The notes: a model not told the origin generated them from the letters alone. Counted from the first letter of the stretch, positions 48,933-61,137 are shown. The stretch: DNA of 64,000 bases from Promethearchaeota archaeon (GCA_016839745.1 JAEOTS010000152.1:1-64000), one strand, 5' to 3'. Made by a program: numbers and translations.

Positions 48933-50243
48933 ATGAGTAAAAAATTTAACACTATTGCAGTTTGTGGACTTTCCTGGGGTGACGAAGGTAAAGGAAAAAT
49001 AACTGACTACTTAGCTCAAAAAGCCGATATTGTTGTACGATATAATGGAGGAAATAATGCGGGACATACTATTAATGCTAACGGAATAAAATATAAATTC
49101 AAACTAATTCCCTCTGGAGCGCCGTTAGAAAAAGAAGTTGTCATAGGAAACGGTTGTGTTGTTGATCCTATGGTTTTGCTGGATGAAATTGACAACTTAA
49201 ATAAATTAGGTAAAAAAGTTAATTTAAAACTAAGCTCTACGGCTCACGTAATTTTCCCCTTTCACATTGCTCTAGATGGGTTAGAGGAAAAAACAAAGGG
49301 AAAATATAGTGCGGGGACGACAAAAAGAGGAATTGGTCCAACTTATTCAGATAAAGCGGGTAGATGGGGAATTAGAGTGTTTGATTTAGTCCATCCTGAA
49401 ATCTTAAAACCAAAATTGGAAAAATTGTTCCGAATTAAAAAAGAATTGATAAAAATTTACGATCCCGATTGGGATATGAATTTCGAATCTGTATTCGAGG
49501 AATACAAAGTATTCGGCGAGAAACTAAAACCCTATGCTACAGATACAGCCTTTTATTTGAATAACGCTATTGATTCGGGAAAGAAAATAGTTTTTGAAGG
49601 TGCTCAAGGAAATTTACTGTGTATAGACCATGGAATGTATCCGTATGGAACCTCATCAAATCCTAATGCTTTAGGGATAAGTGCGGGCACTGGAATTCCT
49701 CCTAAGAAAATAGGGAAAATCGTTGGTATTATAAAAGCTTATACTTCAAGGGTAGGAGAAGGTAAGTTTCCTACAGAATTATTTAATGATATCGCCGTGC
49801 AAATTAGAGAACAAGGACACGAATACGGAACGGTTACCGGACGCCCAAGAAGAGTGGGCTGGCTGGATCTTTTTAACCTCAAATATGGCGTAATGATAAA
49901 CGGAATCGATACCATAATCATCACCCTACTAGATGCTCTTCATGGAATAACCCCACTTAAAGTGTGTACAGGATATGAATTAAATGGAAGTAAGCTTGAA
50001 AGTTGGCCTATCCAACATGAAATAATCGAAAAATGCAAACCAATCTATAGAGAATTCGACGGTTGGAAGAAATTAACTGACGAAGAGTGGTCTGAACTTG
50101 CTAAACAGGGATACAACTCTTTACCTGAAACAATGAAGATATATCTTCAAGCAATTAAAGAACAACTTCAAATTGATATTGGTATGGTTTCTATTGGACC
50201 AAACAGAAACGATACTATTGTTTTAGACAAGAATCTGTTTTAA
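48933..50243 (+). CDS. purA: Adenylosuccinate synthetase
   Basis: WGDEGKGK, GGNNAGHT, GIGPTYSDK, EGAQG, GTVTGRPRRVGWLD. Confidence 0.97.
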   Translation: MSKKFNTIAVCGLSWGDEGKGKITDYLAQKADIVVRYNGGNNAGHTINANGIKYKFKLIPSGAPLEKEVVIGNGCVVDPMVLLDEIDNLNKLGKKVNLKLSSTAHVIFPFHIALDGLEEKTKGKYSAGTTKRGIGPTYSDKAGRWGIRVFDLVHPEILKPKLEKLFRIKKELIKIYDPDWDMNFESVFEEYKVFGEKLKPYATDTAFYLNNAIDSGKKIVFEGAQGNLLCIDHGMYPYGTSSNPNALGISAGTGIPPKKIGKIVGIIKAYTSRVGEGKFPTELFNDIAVQIREQGHEYGTVTGRPRRVGWLDLFNLKYGVMINGIDTIIITLLDALHGITPLKVCTGYELNGSKLESWPIQHEIIEKCKPIYREFDGWKKLTDEEWSELAKQGYNSLPETMKIYLQAIKEQLQIDIGMVSIGPNRNDTIVLDKNLF

Positions 50244-50247
50244 TATA

Positions 50248-50268
50248 TTTTTTTTTCTTTTTTTTTTT
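50248..50268 (+). terminator. Oligo-T tract after purA
   Basis: T9-C-T11 immediately after the stop codon. Confidence 0.55.
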
Positions 50269-50418
50269 AACTCTAAAAATATCTCATCTATATGGTTTTT
50301 GAATAATCTATTTAAAATAAACGATCATGAAAGCCATAAGCTTTTTTATAGAAAAAACAATAAATAGAATATAAAAAAATTAAATAATTTTTACAAAGAG
50401 ATTCATTAAATTTGGAAT

Positions 50419-51072
50419 GTGAATAATTTGAAATTGCTAAAAGATAAGAAAAATGAATTAGACGAGGTTAACAAGGAGTTTTTAGCCGAAACCTTGAATG
50501 GCTCAGCATTATTACACGAAGCTCTCTCGAGTTTTATCAATGATAAATTAAAGAAAGATTCATTGGAAGGTGTAATCAAAGTAGAAAGAAAATGCGACAT
50601 ACTTAAAGAAAAATACACTCAGGTTTTATTTAAGGATAAAAGAGCGTTACCTTTTTTAGTAGAGGATCGTTACAATATCCTCATGATGATTGACTCCGTA
50701 AACGACAAGATGGAATTTTTTGCCAGATTCTTGGATGTCTATCCATTCAAACTGTATAAGGATATTAAGGAAGAATTTGGAGCGTTATGCAGTGCTTGTG
50801 GTCAGAGTATAGAACAATTAATCGATTGTGCTATTCTGATCGAAACGGATTTTGATGGAGCATACAAGAAGACTTTTGAGATAGAAGAGAGGAAAAGAGA
50901 AGCACGAACGGCAAAATTTAACCTGCTTGGTAAGTTGTACAAGATGAAAGACGATCCTACAAAAGTATATTTGACCTCTAAATTAGTGACATATATCTAT
51001 GATATAGTATCCTGGGTAGAAGAAACTTCAGATTATCTAAGAGGATTAATTATTAGATACCCCAGTAGATAG
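50419..51072 (+). CDS. DUF47/PhoU-like phosphate transport regulator
   Basis: ERKCD, LPFLVEDR and IEE motifs; adjacent to the PiT permease. Confidence 0.85.
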   Translation: MNNLKLLKDKKNELDEVNKEFLAETLNGSALLHEALSSFINDKLKKDSLEGVIKVERKCDILKEKYTQVLFKDKRALPFLVEDRYNILMMIDSVNDKMEFFARFLDVYPFKLYKDIKEEFGALCSACGQSIEQLIDCAILIETDFDGAYKKTFEIEERKREARTAKFNLLGKLYKMKDDPTKVYLTSKLVTYIYDIVSWVEETSDYLRGLIIRYPSR

Positions 51073-51082
51073 AAATGGATGG

Positions 51083-52078
51083 ATGGGTAAAATGGCGTTA
51101 GAATACATAATAATCATATTTTTAATTATATCCATAATAATCAGTTTTGGAATTGGAGCTAACGATGAAACAATGGCTCCGCTTTATGGATCACGAATTC
51201 TTAATATGAAGCAAATTCTTATCTTAGCCGCGATTTTCGCTATCACTGGAGCATTATTTTTGGGAGAAGGTGTTGCTAAATCAGTAGGTGACAAGATACT
51301 ATTATTAGATTATGAAAGTTCTGGTATTAGCCAGAATGCTGTCGTTATGACTATTTTGATTTCAACTGCTATTGTGTTAATAATATCTAGCGCCTTAGGG
51401 CTTCCAATTTCGTCAACTCATGCTACAATAGGAGGGATTATAGGACTGGGGTTGTTACTTGGAGGCGGAGGTGGAGTGAATTGGAGTACAATACTAGAAA
51501 TGAGTATATGGTGGTTGGCTTCTCCCGTGATTGGTTTTATAGTAACATATGGCGTTGTTAAACTACTAAATAAACAAAAATTCAAATCCTTCAAGGGATT
51601 CAAGGATTATGAAAAATCAGAGAATACATACTCCTATATAATCTTAATTATAATATGCATTACCGCCTTCTCTAGAGCCGGAAATGACAGTTCTAACTCA
51701 GTTGGAATAGTTGTTGGAGTAGGTGGTGACATCAACATAATCTGGTTATTGATCATAACTGGTCTTGGCTTAGCAAGTGGTATAATGGTCTTGGGAAGAA
51801 TTGTTATTAAAAACTTAGGTAAAATGACAGAGCTTCGACCGAGTACAGCATTTGCGGTGCAAGTACCAACAGCAGCCGTCATGCTTATTGGGACTATTCA
51901 AAAAATTCCACTTTCTGGTTCTCACTTGCTTGTTGCATCATTTGTAGGACTTTCAAAAGCAAGTAATACACCAATGCAAAAAGGATTATGGAAAATTATC
52001 GCAGTTTGGTTATTGACTTTTCCAATTGCAGCAATTCTTTCAATCATATTATACTTTCCTATTAATCTAATACTCTAA
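51083..52078 (+). CDS. PiT family inorganic phosphate transporter
   Basis: GANDE, GLPISSTH, GNDSSN, PLSGSH, W..TFP. Confidence 0.9.
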   Translation: MGKMALEYIIIIFLIISIIISFGIGANDETMAPLYGSRILNMKQILILAAIFAITGALFLGEGVAKSVGDKILLLDYESSGISQNAVVMTILISTAIVLIISSALGLPISSTHATIGGIIGLGLLLGGGGGVNWSTILEMSIWWLASPVIGFIVTYGVVKLLNKQKFKSFKGFKDYEKSENTYSYIILIIICITAFSRAGNDSSNSVGIVVGVGGDINIIWLLIITGLGLASGIMVLGRIVIKNLGKMTELRPSTAFAVQVPTAAVMLIGTIQKIPLSGSHLLVASFVGLSKASNTPMQKGLWKIIAVWLLTFPIAAILSIILYFPINLIL

Positions 52079-52179
52079 TTCAAAAAAGTAAGTGAAAATC
52101 TATAAAATTTATCAGACCCCAAGACTTACAAATCTACATACCGGAACAGTATCGAAACTATGCTAGTTTTGGTCCATAT

Positions 52180-52794
52180 ATGATTCCTTTTTTTGGAAAA
52201 ATGTATTTTGGGAGAATTCAAAGTATAATTAAAACAGTTTTTCAATTAAGAAAAAATTTTCCTAAAGTTCTTGATGTAGGAGGTGGTTTGGGGTTATTTT
52301 CTTTGAATTTTAAGCTAAATTTTCCAAAAAGTGATGTGTTCATTTTAGATTATTCCCTGCCTGAAGGGATTAGAGAGATTTTAACAAGAAATCCTATTTT
52401 GAGAATAAAGGATTATATAAAAGCCGACATTCAAGAAAAAACACCCTTTGACGATAATGGTTTTGATTTGATCTTTGCTCTTGACATTTTAGAGCATGTC
52501 GAAAATCCATCAATTGCTATTGACGAGATTCTGCGAATTCTAAAAAAGAACGGTTTTATGTTTGTTTCTGTACCTACCGAGAGTATTCTGCTAAAAATTG
52601 CTCGAAATCTTATAGGAACCGTTAAAAATATACAAGTAAATCCACACTGGTTAGGAAAGATCAAATCAGAAAGAGAATTCTTTAAGATCTTACAAGAAAA
52701 AAACATAAATTTTATTTTTAAGAGAAGATTTCCATATAGAATACTTCCAAGGGTATTTTCTTACGATAATTTTTACTTTGTTCAAAAGCGTTGA
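52180..52794 (+). CDS. Class I SAM-dependent methyltransferase (may start at ATA 52102)
   Basis: VLDVGGGLG, FDLIFALDILEHV, RILKKNG. Confidence 0.88.
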   Translation: MIPFFGKMYFGRIQSIIKTVFQLRKNFPKVLDVGGGLGLFSLNFKLNFPKSDVFILDYSLPEGIREILTRNPILRIKDYIKADIQEKTPFDDNGFDLIFALDILEHVENPSIAIDEILRILKKNGFMFVSVPTESILLKIARNLIGTVKNIQVNPHWLGKIKSEREFFKILQEKNINFIFKRRFPYRILPRVFSYDNFYFVQKR

Positions 52795-52841
52795 GTTAAA
52801 TTCCAAGCGTTTTTAATTAACATTTCATTATAAGAGGAGCA

Positions 52842-53825
52842 ATGGGGATTATGTCAGAATTTAAATTTTTAGATTATGATGGAATATCGCTCTTTTCCAA
52901 TTGCCTTGTATATCAAAATGAACAGAAGGTACAAGTTCATTTATTACCCGTGATTCATATCGGAGATGTAAAGTATTACACTGATTTACTTAACTATATC
53001 AAAAACCGCACCTGTATATATGAAAAGATCAATCTCGCTTCCCCAAATATAGAACGACATAAATACGCAAAGAATCTTGATGAATATTTTGAAATAGCAT
53101 CTCCAGATATAGAAGAATTTTGGAGTCAATATAATAAGCTTTTAAAAAAATTCTATAAAAAATTCCTTACCAGAGATGTAAAATCTGTATGTAAGATGGT
53201 TAAGAAAGAATTTAAAAACTTTGACACTAAGCTGCGAAAAATTTATAATGATTGTATAAAATCAGGCTTTGGAATTCAAAATTTATATCCAATACAGTTA
53301 TATCTATGCGAAATCATGAATTTGGACCATCAAATAATTACAATTGATTATGTAGATGATATAGTTCATCGCACCAACTGGATCCATACTGATTTAGACT
53401 TTGATAAAATAACAGAAAATGTAGATCTAAACGAGTTAGTAGAAGAAATGTTAGAAGAACCATCACCAGAAATACTTGAAATACTCCTAAAACAAATAAA
53501 ACTTCTTTTAACAAATATTCTCGGTATGGTAGAATTTAAGATGACTCCTGAAATATCGAAAAGAAGAGAACTTTTGGCAAATGGATTAATTCAAGTATTA
53601 ACTCAACAGTTTAAAGAGGTTACAAAAATCACACCCAATTATATATTAGAGGGACGAAATTCAATGATCGAAGGGCAAATTTTGAATTTAATCGAAGATC
53701 ACGAGGAAATCGTGGTTTTTTACGGAGTAGCACATATGGGTGCAATCGAGAAGTTTGTACTTGAACAAGGTTTTAGTCTTAAAACCCAACAAAGGTTTAA
53801 AGCGTTCGAAATTGAAGATAATTAG
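52842..53825 (+). CDS. Hypothetical protein, weak TraB/GumN-like motifs
   Basis: IHIG...YE, RN and FYGVAHM. Confidence 0.55.
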   Translation: MGIMSEFKFLDYDGISLFSNCLVYQNEQKVQVHLLPVIHIGDVKYYTDLLNYIKNRTCIYEKINLASPNIERHKYAKNLDEYFEIASPDIEEFWSQYNKLLKKFYKKFLTRDVKSVCKMVKKEFKNFDTKLRKIYNDCIKSGFGIQNLYPIQLYLCEIMNLDHQIITIDYVDDIVHRTNWIHTDLDFDKITENVDLNELVEEMLEEPSPEILEILLKQIKLLLTNILGMVEFKMTPEISKRRELLANGLIQVLTQQFKEVTKITPNYILEGRNSMIEGQILNLIEDHEEIVVFYGVAHMGAIEKFVLEQGFSLKTQQRFKAFEIEDN

Positions 53826-53826
53826 G

Positions 53827-54807
53827 TTATCCAATATGTTTTTTAACAAAACGCATAATACTCTTCCAAGCATCCATGCTTTCTTCTAATTTATTAGCAT
53901 ATCTTTGGAACACATGCGTCATTCTTTCATATACTTCTAATGTTACATCAACTCCAGATGTTTTTGCTCGTTCTGCTAATAATATTGCTTGGTCCCGTAT
54001 GACTTCAATAGCTCCTGCTTGGATTAAAAGGGGTGGAAGGCCATCAAGATCGGCGTAAATAGGAGATATGTATGGATTTTTCTTGTTTTTAGTTCCAGAA
54101 TATAACATTGCTATTATCGTCAGCAGGGAAGCTAATACAGGTTCATATTTATAAAATTCTTCGAAGGATTTTCCAGCATTTATTAAATCGACCCATGGAG
54201 ATAGCATAACGGCTGCAGCAGGCATCGGTAACCCTAATTCTCTAAGTTTTAACATCGTCGCCATCGTTAAACCTCCACCAGCAGATTCTCCGCACATGAT
54301 TATATTCTTTGGGTCAATCTCTTGAGTTAATAGCCATTTGTATGCAGTAATAGAATCTTCTAAAGCATTAGGGTAAGGGTGCTCAGGTGCTAGTCGATAT
54401 CCTACATTTAAGCATCGCATTTTAGTTTCTCTTGAATATAAATATGGTGACCAGCGACGGCTATCAAGATTTCCTATTATATAACCTCCTCCAAATAAGT
54501 GAAAGACGACTTTCTTATCAACAGCATTAGAAACATAAATCCATTCCGATTCCACGCCGCCTGTATCAACGCGTTTGAATATAACGTCTTCCGGGATATT
54601 TTTGTTGGTTTCAAGAGCAGTAGCCTTATCTATGTATCGATGCATACCTAATAAAAGAGCTCCATTTACCCTCCTAACAGTGAGGTCCTCTACACTTACT
54701 CCATGGTTGGCAGCGAACTCTTCTGCAGCTTTAACGCTAATTTCAGCGTCTAATTCTAGTATTTTTCCTAATTTTGGATGTATTTTTGCCACTTCGAGAT
54801 ATGACAT
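53827..54807 (-). CDS. HSL-family alpha/beta hydrolase (esterase)
   Basis: FGGGY, YRLAPEHP, GESAGG, SPWVDL, HVFQ. Confidence 0.92.
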   Translation of the reverse strand: MSYLEVAKIHPKLGKILELDAEISVKAAEEFAANHGVSVEDLTVRRVNGALLLGMHRYIDKATALETNKNIPEDVIFKRVDTGGVESEWIYVSNAVDKKVVFHLFGGGYIIGNLDSRRWSPYLYSRETKMRCLNVGYRLAPEHPYPNALEDSITAYKWLLTQEIDPKNIIMCGESAGGGLTMATMLKLRELGLPMPAAAVMLSPWVDLINAGKSFEEFYKYEPVLASLLTIIAMLYSGTKNKKNPYISPIYADLDGLPPLLIQAGAIEVIRDQAILLAERAKTSGVDVTLEVYERMTHVFQRYANKLEESMDAWKSIMRFVKKHIG

Positions 54808-55068
54808 GACTTTACCTAATTAAAATTAAATTGTTAGAATGAAAAATTAATCATTCAATATCAATTCTTACATAAATAATCTCGAGGTTATACGACTTAA
54901 TATCTTAAGGGGTGATTTTAATAAGGATAGATATTTAGTTGTATATATATTTAGATTTAAAGGAGTCATTTAAGAAGGAAAAGAAAAGGCAAAGTAAAAT
55001 TCAAGCTAAAATAGATGAGACAGTCATAGAACGCCTTGCAGAGTTTTGACCAGAGCCACGAGAACTTA

Positions 55069-56445
<1,377 letters not shown>

Positions 56446-56629
56446 TCATCACTAAAACATTCTTACTTAAATCAAGTAATATGTTGACATTGAAAAAGAT
56501 TTTTGTATTTATATCCCATCAATTTCCCATTCAAGTAAAAATAGAGATGATCTTTTCTTTTCGGATAAGGAAAATTAAACTTGGGGAACTTCTTAAGTTT
56601 TGAGGGGAAGAATGATGTGTAGAACTATG

Positions 56630-57451
56630 TTAATAACTTTTTTTACGTGCTTTTAATGAAAAAATCATAGGTACTGTATGCTTAAAGGTTTGAAATTCCC
56701 AATATCTATCTTCTCTTCGTTTCATATCAGGGTGGATTTGAAAGAAACTAAACGGAAATTCGTGAAAAAACTCTATTTCTAATCCAACCTTCAAGAGAGA
56801 ATTAATAACATGTTCCATAGGGTGAAACCAATCGTAAGTTGTTTTGTTTTGCAGTTTAGCATCAGGATTCGCGTACGATCCATCTTCGTCAAATCGATAA
56901 GGTTTTCCTTTGTTAAAATAGTCGTATCCAACTTGAAAAGCTCCCTCGTATTTTTCATCTATTAAATTACCAAATGGGTGGTTTTCAACAATATAAAAGG
57001 TTCCTCCTGGTTTCAAGCAATAATCGATTACTTCAGCCCATTTGTATAAATCGGGTAACCAACCAATAACTCCATTAGAAGTGAAAACGATATCAAACTT
57101 ATCTTCTAAGATATCTGGTACATCGTAAATATTAACATTAAAAAATTCAGCAGGGATATCTAATTCTTTGCTTAACTGGCGTGCAAGGGCTATAGCTTTA
57201 TCTGAGAAATCAACGCCAGTAACCTTCGCCCCCATTCGCGCAAAAGAAAGCGTGTCCATACCAAAATGACACTGTAAATGTAACAATGTTTTACCTTCTA
57301 CATCTCCTATTTCTTTGCGCTCAATTGGAAAAAGAGAAGATTTACCGGATTTAAACCCATCTAGGTCATATGATTTAGATTTAGCATTGATTTCAACTAA
57401 CTCATTCCATCTTTTTAAATTTGCGTTAAAGTATTCTTCGTTATCTTTCAA
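56630..57451 (-). CDS. Class I SAM-dependent methyltransferase
   Basis: LLHLQCHFGMDT, GVDFS, FDIVF, LKPGG. Confidence 0.9.
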   Translation of the reverse strand: MKDNEEYFNANLKRWNELVEINAKSKSYDLDGFKSGKSSLFPIERKEIGDVEGKTLLHLQCHFGMDTLSFARMGAKVTGVDFSDKAIALARQLSKELDIPAEFFNVNIYDVPDILEDKFDIVFTSNGVIGWLPDLYKWAEVIDYCLKPGGTFYIVENHPFGNLIDEKYEGAFQVGYDYFNKGKPYRFDEDGSYANPDAKLQNKTTYDWFHPMEHVINSLLKVGLEIEFFHEFPFSFFQIHPDMKRREDRYWEFQTFKHTVPMIFSLKARKKSY

Positions 57452-57478
57452 TTAAAACGCCTATTTTTACTTACTAAT

Positions 57479-57898
57479 TTAGAATCCTACGCTTTTTAAT
57501 TCGCTTTTTGATTTAGCTGTGCCGATTAACACGCTATTTTTCATATTCAGATTTTTAAAATTAAACGAACTGTTCTTAGCAACAATGCAATTCTCCAGTT
57601 TAAAGTTTTGTCCAATGGTTACGTTGTTAAAGATGATGGTGTTAGAAATCTCGACATAGTCTTGAATTACCGAATTGGCACCTATGTATACATTAGGTCC
57701 TAAAAGAACGTCATCTCCAATTTTTACATTGTCTTCTAAATAAACGGGTTCAATAAATGTTGGATAATCTCCTACATAATTCTCTAGACGACTACTTATT
57801 TTTGTGAAGAACCTTAGCATTAGTCCTTTAAGATCTGATTTGGCAATGTCATCAAAATTCCTAATAAGCTCTCCAATCTTGATTAATTCTTCTTTCAT
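57479..57898 (-). CDS. Stand-alone left-handed beta-helix protein (NDP-sugar synthase C-terminal-like)
   Basis: Hexapeptide repeats PVYLED/NVKIGD/DVLLGP/NVYIGA. Confidence 0.7.
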   Translation of the reverse strand: MKEELIKIGELIRNFDDIAKSDLKGLMLRFFTKISSRLENYVGDYPTFIEPVYLEDNVKIGDDVLLGPNVYIGANSVIQDYVEISNTIIFNNVTIGQNFKLENCIVAKNSSFNFKNLNMKNSVLIGTAKSKSELKSVGF

Positions 57899-57918
57899 AA
57901 TTTCTCAATATTTTTGTT

Positions 57919-58644
57919 TTATAATCCCATTAATTTCATTAATTTTACGATATTTTCCCCAGTTTTTGCGCTTGTTGTTACTACATCTAACTTGGGATTA
58001 ATTTTTTTGGCATCAGAGATCATTTTATCGACATTAGTTCCAAGGCGTTCCTTTAAATCGATCTTATTAATTACTGCAATATCTGACATTTTAAAGAGCA
58101 TCGGATGCTTTTCAACAACCCATTCTCCCTCTGTAGTTGATACTACAATTAATCTTTTATCAGTTCCTAAAATAAAATCTGATGGGCATATTAAATTTCC
58201 AACATTCTCAATAAAAACAATATCGTAATTAGTTAAATCTTTATTTTTGATTATCTGATGGATATGATAAGCATTTAAAGCGCATTCTCGACCTGTATTG
58301 ATCTGAATGGTTTCGGCTTTATGTTTTTCAATACGATCAGCATCCACTCGAGTTGTAATATCCCCACAAATCACTAATACGCGATATTTTGAGGTTAATT
58401 TCGCAGTAATCGTTTCTAATAAAGCGGTTTTCCCTGCTCCGATAGCCCCTACTATATCAAAAGATTTTATGTTATTATCTTTAAATGTCTGATGGACTCT
58501 ATCAGCTAACAATTCGTTATCTTTTTCTACCGCTTTTTTAGTCTCGATTACTTCGTCTCTTATATCATCTCGAGCTAAATTAGTACTTTCGACTTCTTTA
58601 ATTCTTGAAATAATTTTTTCTTCCTTGTCTGACATTGAAAACAA
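57919..58644 (-). CDS. hypB: Hydrogenase nickel-insertion GTPase HypB
   Basis: GAIGAGKT, GD...DA, ENVGNLICP, INKID, SAKTGE. Confidence 0.92.
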   Translation of the reverse strand: MFSMSDKEEKIISRIKEVESTNLARDDIRDEVIETKKAVEKDNELLADRVHQTFKDNNIKSFDIVGAIGAGKTALLETITAKLTSKYRVLVICGDITTRVDADRIEKHKAETIQINTGRECALNAYHIHQIIKNKDLTNYDIVFIENVGNLICPSDFILGTDKRLIVVSTTEGEWVVEKHPMLFKMSDIAVINKIDLKERLGTNVDKMISDAKKINPKLDVVTTSAKTGENIVKLMKLMGL

Positions 58645-58699
58645 GCTGTTGTTTTTAGATTATTAATATTTGAATTAATTTCAATTTTTAGATATTCCC

Positions 58700-59725
58700 T
58701 TATTCTTTCCATATATTTTCCGTATTGCAGGGTACGGGAAGGTCTTTCATTGTCAGTAGACCGCTCCTTGCTTTTATCACGATCGGGATTAGATTAGCCA
58801 CCATTGCTGAAGTTCCTAAATCTCCGTGAACGCCACCAATAATCTTTTGATGAATATTGGGAGTCCCTTCTATCTCTATGCTGTCGTATTCTTCGTGCTC
58901 ACCAGCGTAAGCTACAAAATCTAAAAGGACTAATTCATTGTCATCCTTTATTGCTACAGCTTTACTTTGTAACCCACAAACATTGCCTTTAAGGACTTTT
59001 TCTCCGTAAGAAGTCGTAAAATCCTCTTCTATAATCATTTCTTTAGGAGGAAATTCTTTTATTTCATCGTATTCAAACCCAAGCGCATCACAGATCATCT
59101 GAATTGATTGCGTTAATCCAACGTGACCCGTAATTTCTTTATTGTCAATTTTTTGACGAAATTCGTTAGGACTTAAACCTGTCCCGATTTTACGTTGGAA
59201 TGATACTCTTCTTTTTGCTGAATTCATCATTCTTGTTACTTTAATCGATTTTACGGATTGGCATGGAGCTGTGATTACTATAGGTAATAAATCCATAAGA
59301 TATCCCGGATTTATCCCTGTTCCGACAACTGTAACATTATTAGCTTTAGCTATGAGATCTAATTCTTCTGAAAGCTTAGGTTGATACAAAAAAGGATACG
59401 ATAATTCTTCACATATGGAAATTATGTTAATTCCAGATTCGACCGCTTGTTTGATTAAAGGAGCTACTTTTTCTAGATAGGATGATGTAGCGGTAATAAT
59501 CACATCTATTTCTTTTCTTAAAAGAATGCCGTTTAGATCAGATTCTATTATAGTATTAAAACCTTTTTCAACCTCAAGAAGTTCACCTAGACTTTTCCCT
59601 TTGAGGTTAGGATCAATATCAACTACACCATTGAGAGAAAGATTTTCTCTATTGAGAATTAATTTTGCTATTATCCTCCCCATTGGACCTAAACCCACTT
59701 GTACTACGTTAAATTTTTTTGCCAT
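58700..59725 (-). CDS. DapB-like NAD(P)-dependent amine dehydrogenase (2,4-diaminopentanoate dehydrogenase-like)
   Basis: GLGPMG, CEELSYP, GTGINPG, GHVG, GGVHGD. Confidence 0.8.
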   Translation of the reverse strand: MAKKFNVVQVGLGPMGRIIAKLILNRENLSLNGVVDIDPNLKGKSLGELLEVEKGFNTIIESDLNGILLRKEIDVIITATSSYLEKVAPLIKQAVESGINIISICEELSYPFLYQPKLSEELDLIAKANNVTVVGTGINPGYLMDLLPIVITAPCQSVKSIKVTRMMNSAKRRVSFQRKIGTGLSPNEFRQKIDNKEITGHVGLTQSIQMICDALGFEYDEIKEFPPKEMIIEEDFTTSYGEKVLKGNVCGLQSKAVAIKDDNELVLLDFVAYAGEHEEYDSIEIEGTPNIHQKIIGGVHGDLGTSAMVANLIPIVIKARSGLLTMKDLPVPCNTENIWKE

Positions 59726-59796
59726 TTAAATTTTCAACTTCTCTCTGTTTTTCCTATTATTTAATTTTCAGTCTAATTAATCACAATTTATTCATT

Positions 59797-61137
59797 TTAA
59801 TTTAAAAGAGAATTGGACACTGGTTGTGCGATTTCCTCTATTACTTCTTTTATTTGAATTATGTGATTGTGGGTATTAGCCATTGAAAGAGCTCCTAACC
59901 CATGTAGACCACATATATTTCGGTTAAAAAGAGCTAATTGGAGAAGTGCTTCTCTTTTTTTATCAGCATATTCAATTATTTCTTTGATTGAAGGATTTTC
60001 AATCCATCTTGACAAAACATGAAGCATAACCATTGATTTGAATCCACTTGCCACTATTGCTAACTTTTCATCATTAAAATAGTGATTTAAATGTTGGATT
60101 AATCTATTTCCTTCATCGTTTATTCTTATGTACTGTTGTTGAGAATTTTTTAACAGTTCTAATGTTTTTAGTCCAGCTATCATACTAAGGGGGTAACCCG
60201 AAAAAGTACCACCTCCGATTAAAACTTGATTTTTATCTTCTGGACTAGAACGTTCAATGATCTCATTTTTTCCCCCAATAGCACCTATAGGAAACCCTCC
60301 TCCTATAATCTTCCCCATTGTAGTTAAATCGGGTAATATTTTTAATTCGTTTTGAAATAAGGAGTCGTTGAATCGATAGCCAGTAATAACTTCGTCGAAA
60401 ATAAGAAGAATACCATATTTTTCAGATTCCTCTCTTAACCTTTTTAAGAAATCGATACTCACGGGAAATCCACCCCCACCGCCTAAGATTGGTTCTAAAA
60501 TTATTGCTGCTAAATCCTTTGAATATTTTTGAATTATATTGAAGGAATCGTCATGATTGATTTCAAAACTAATAATTCCTGCTTCATTTGCTTTTAGCTG
60601 CCCTAATGGGGCTTTGCCGTTTACTAAACCCCCAACATCATAGCATAATGTATCGCTCGCACCATGCCATCCCATTACCGCTTTTGCTACGAGTCTTCTT
60701 TTAGTGTACGCTCGAGCTAAGCGTGTAGCATACATTGTAGCCTCAGTTCCACTGGTACAGAATCTAACTTTTTCAACACTAGGATTATCATCAATTAACC
60801 TAGAAGCTAATTCAATCTGCTGTTTTGTATTTGTACCAAAATGCCAACCATACGATAAATGTTTTCTTATAACTTCTTGAATTTCAGGGGGATTATGCCC
60901 TAAGATCATAGCAAAATGGCCATTCCAAAAATCGAGGTACATATTTTCATCGATATCTTTGATAAAAGGTCCATTTGCAGAACTAATTATTACAGGGAAA
61001 CCTCCTATGGATGGTAGACCAAACGTTCGGATATTGTGAGAAATACCCCCGGGTAAAACATTTATAGCTTTTTCCCAGAGTTTTTTCGATTTTGGGTGAT
61101 TTCTCTCGAAAGTTTCTAATTCTCCTTTAATAAACAT
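59797..61137 (-). CDS. Class III aminotransferase (glutamate-1-semialdehyde aminomutase-like)
   Basis: SGTEATM, EP..G, FDEVITG, GKIIGGG, GGTFSG. Confidence 0.88.
   Translation of the reverse strand: MFIKGELETFERNHPKSKKLWEKAINVLPGGISHNIRTFGLPSIGGFPVIISSANGPFIKDIDENMYLDFWNGHFAMILGHNPPEIQEVIRKHLSYGWHFGTNTKQQIELASRLIDDNPSVEKVRFCTSGTEATMYATRLARAYTKRRLVAKAVMGWHGASDTLCYDVGGLVNGKAPLGQLKANEAGIISFEINHDDSFNIIQKYSKDLAAIILEPILGGGGGFPVSIDFLKRLREESEKYGILLIFDEVITGYRFNDSLFQNELKILPDLTTMGKIIGGGFPIGAIGGKNEIIERSSPEDKNQVLIGGGTFSGYPLSMIAGLKTLELLKNSQQQYIRINDEGNRLIQHLNHYFNDEKLAIVASGFKSMVMLHVLSRWIENPSIKEIIEYADKKREALLQLALFNRNICGLHGLGALSMANTHNHIIQIKEVIEEIAQPVSNSLLN

Noticed and set aside
54939-55049. 36-aa TTG ORF (MYIYLDLKESFKKEKKRQSKIQAKIDETVIERLAEF)
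   Set aside because: Weak start, and the GGTGA motif is separated from it by an in-frame stop; cannot be supported without a homology search
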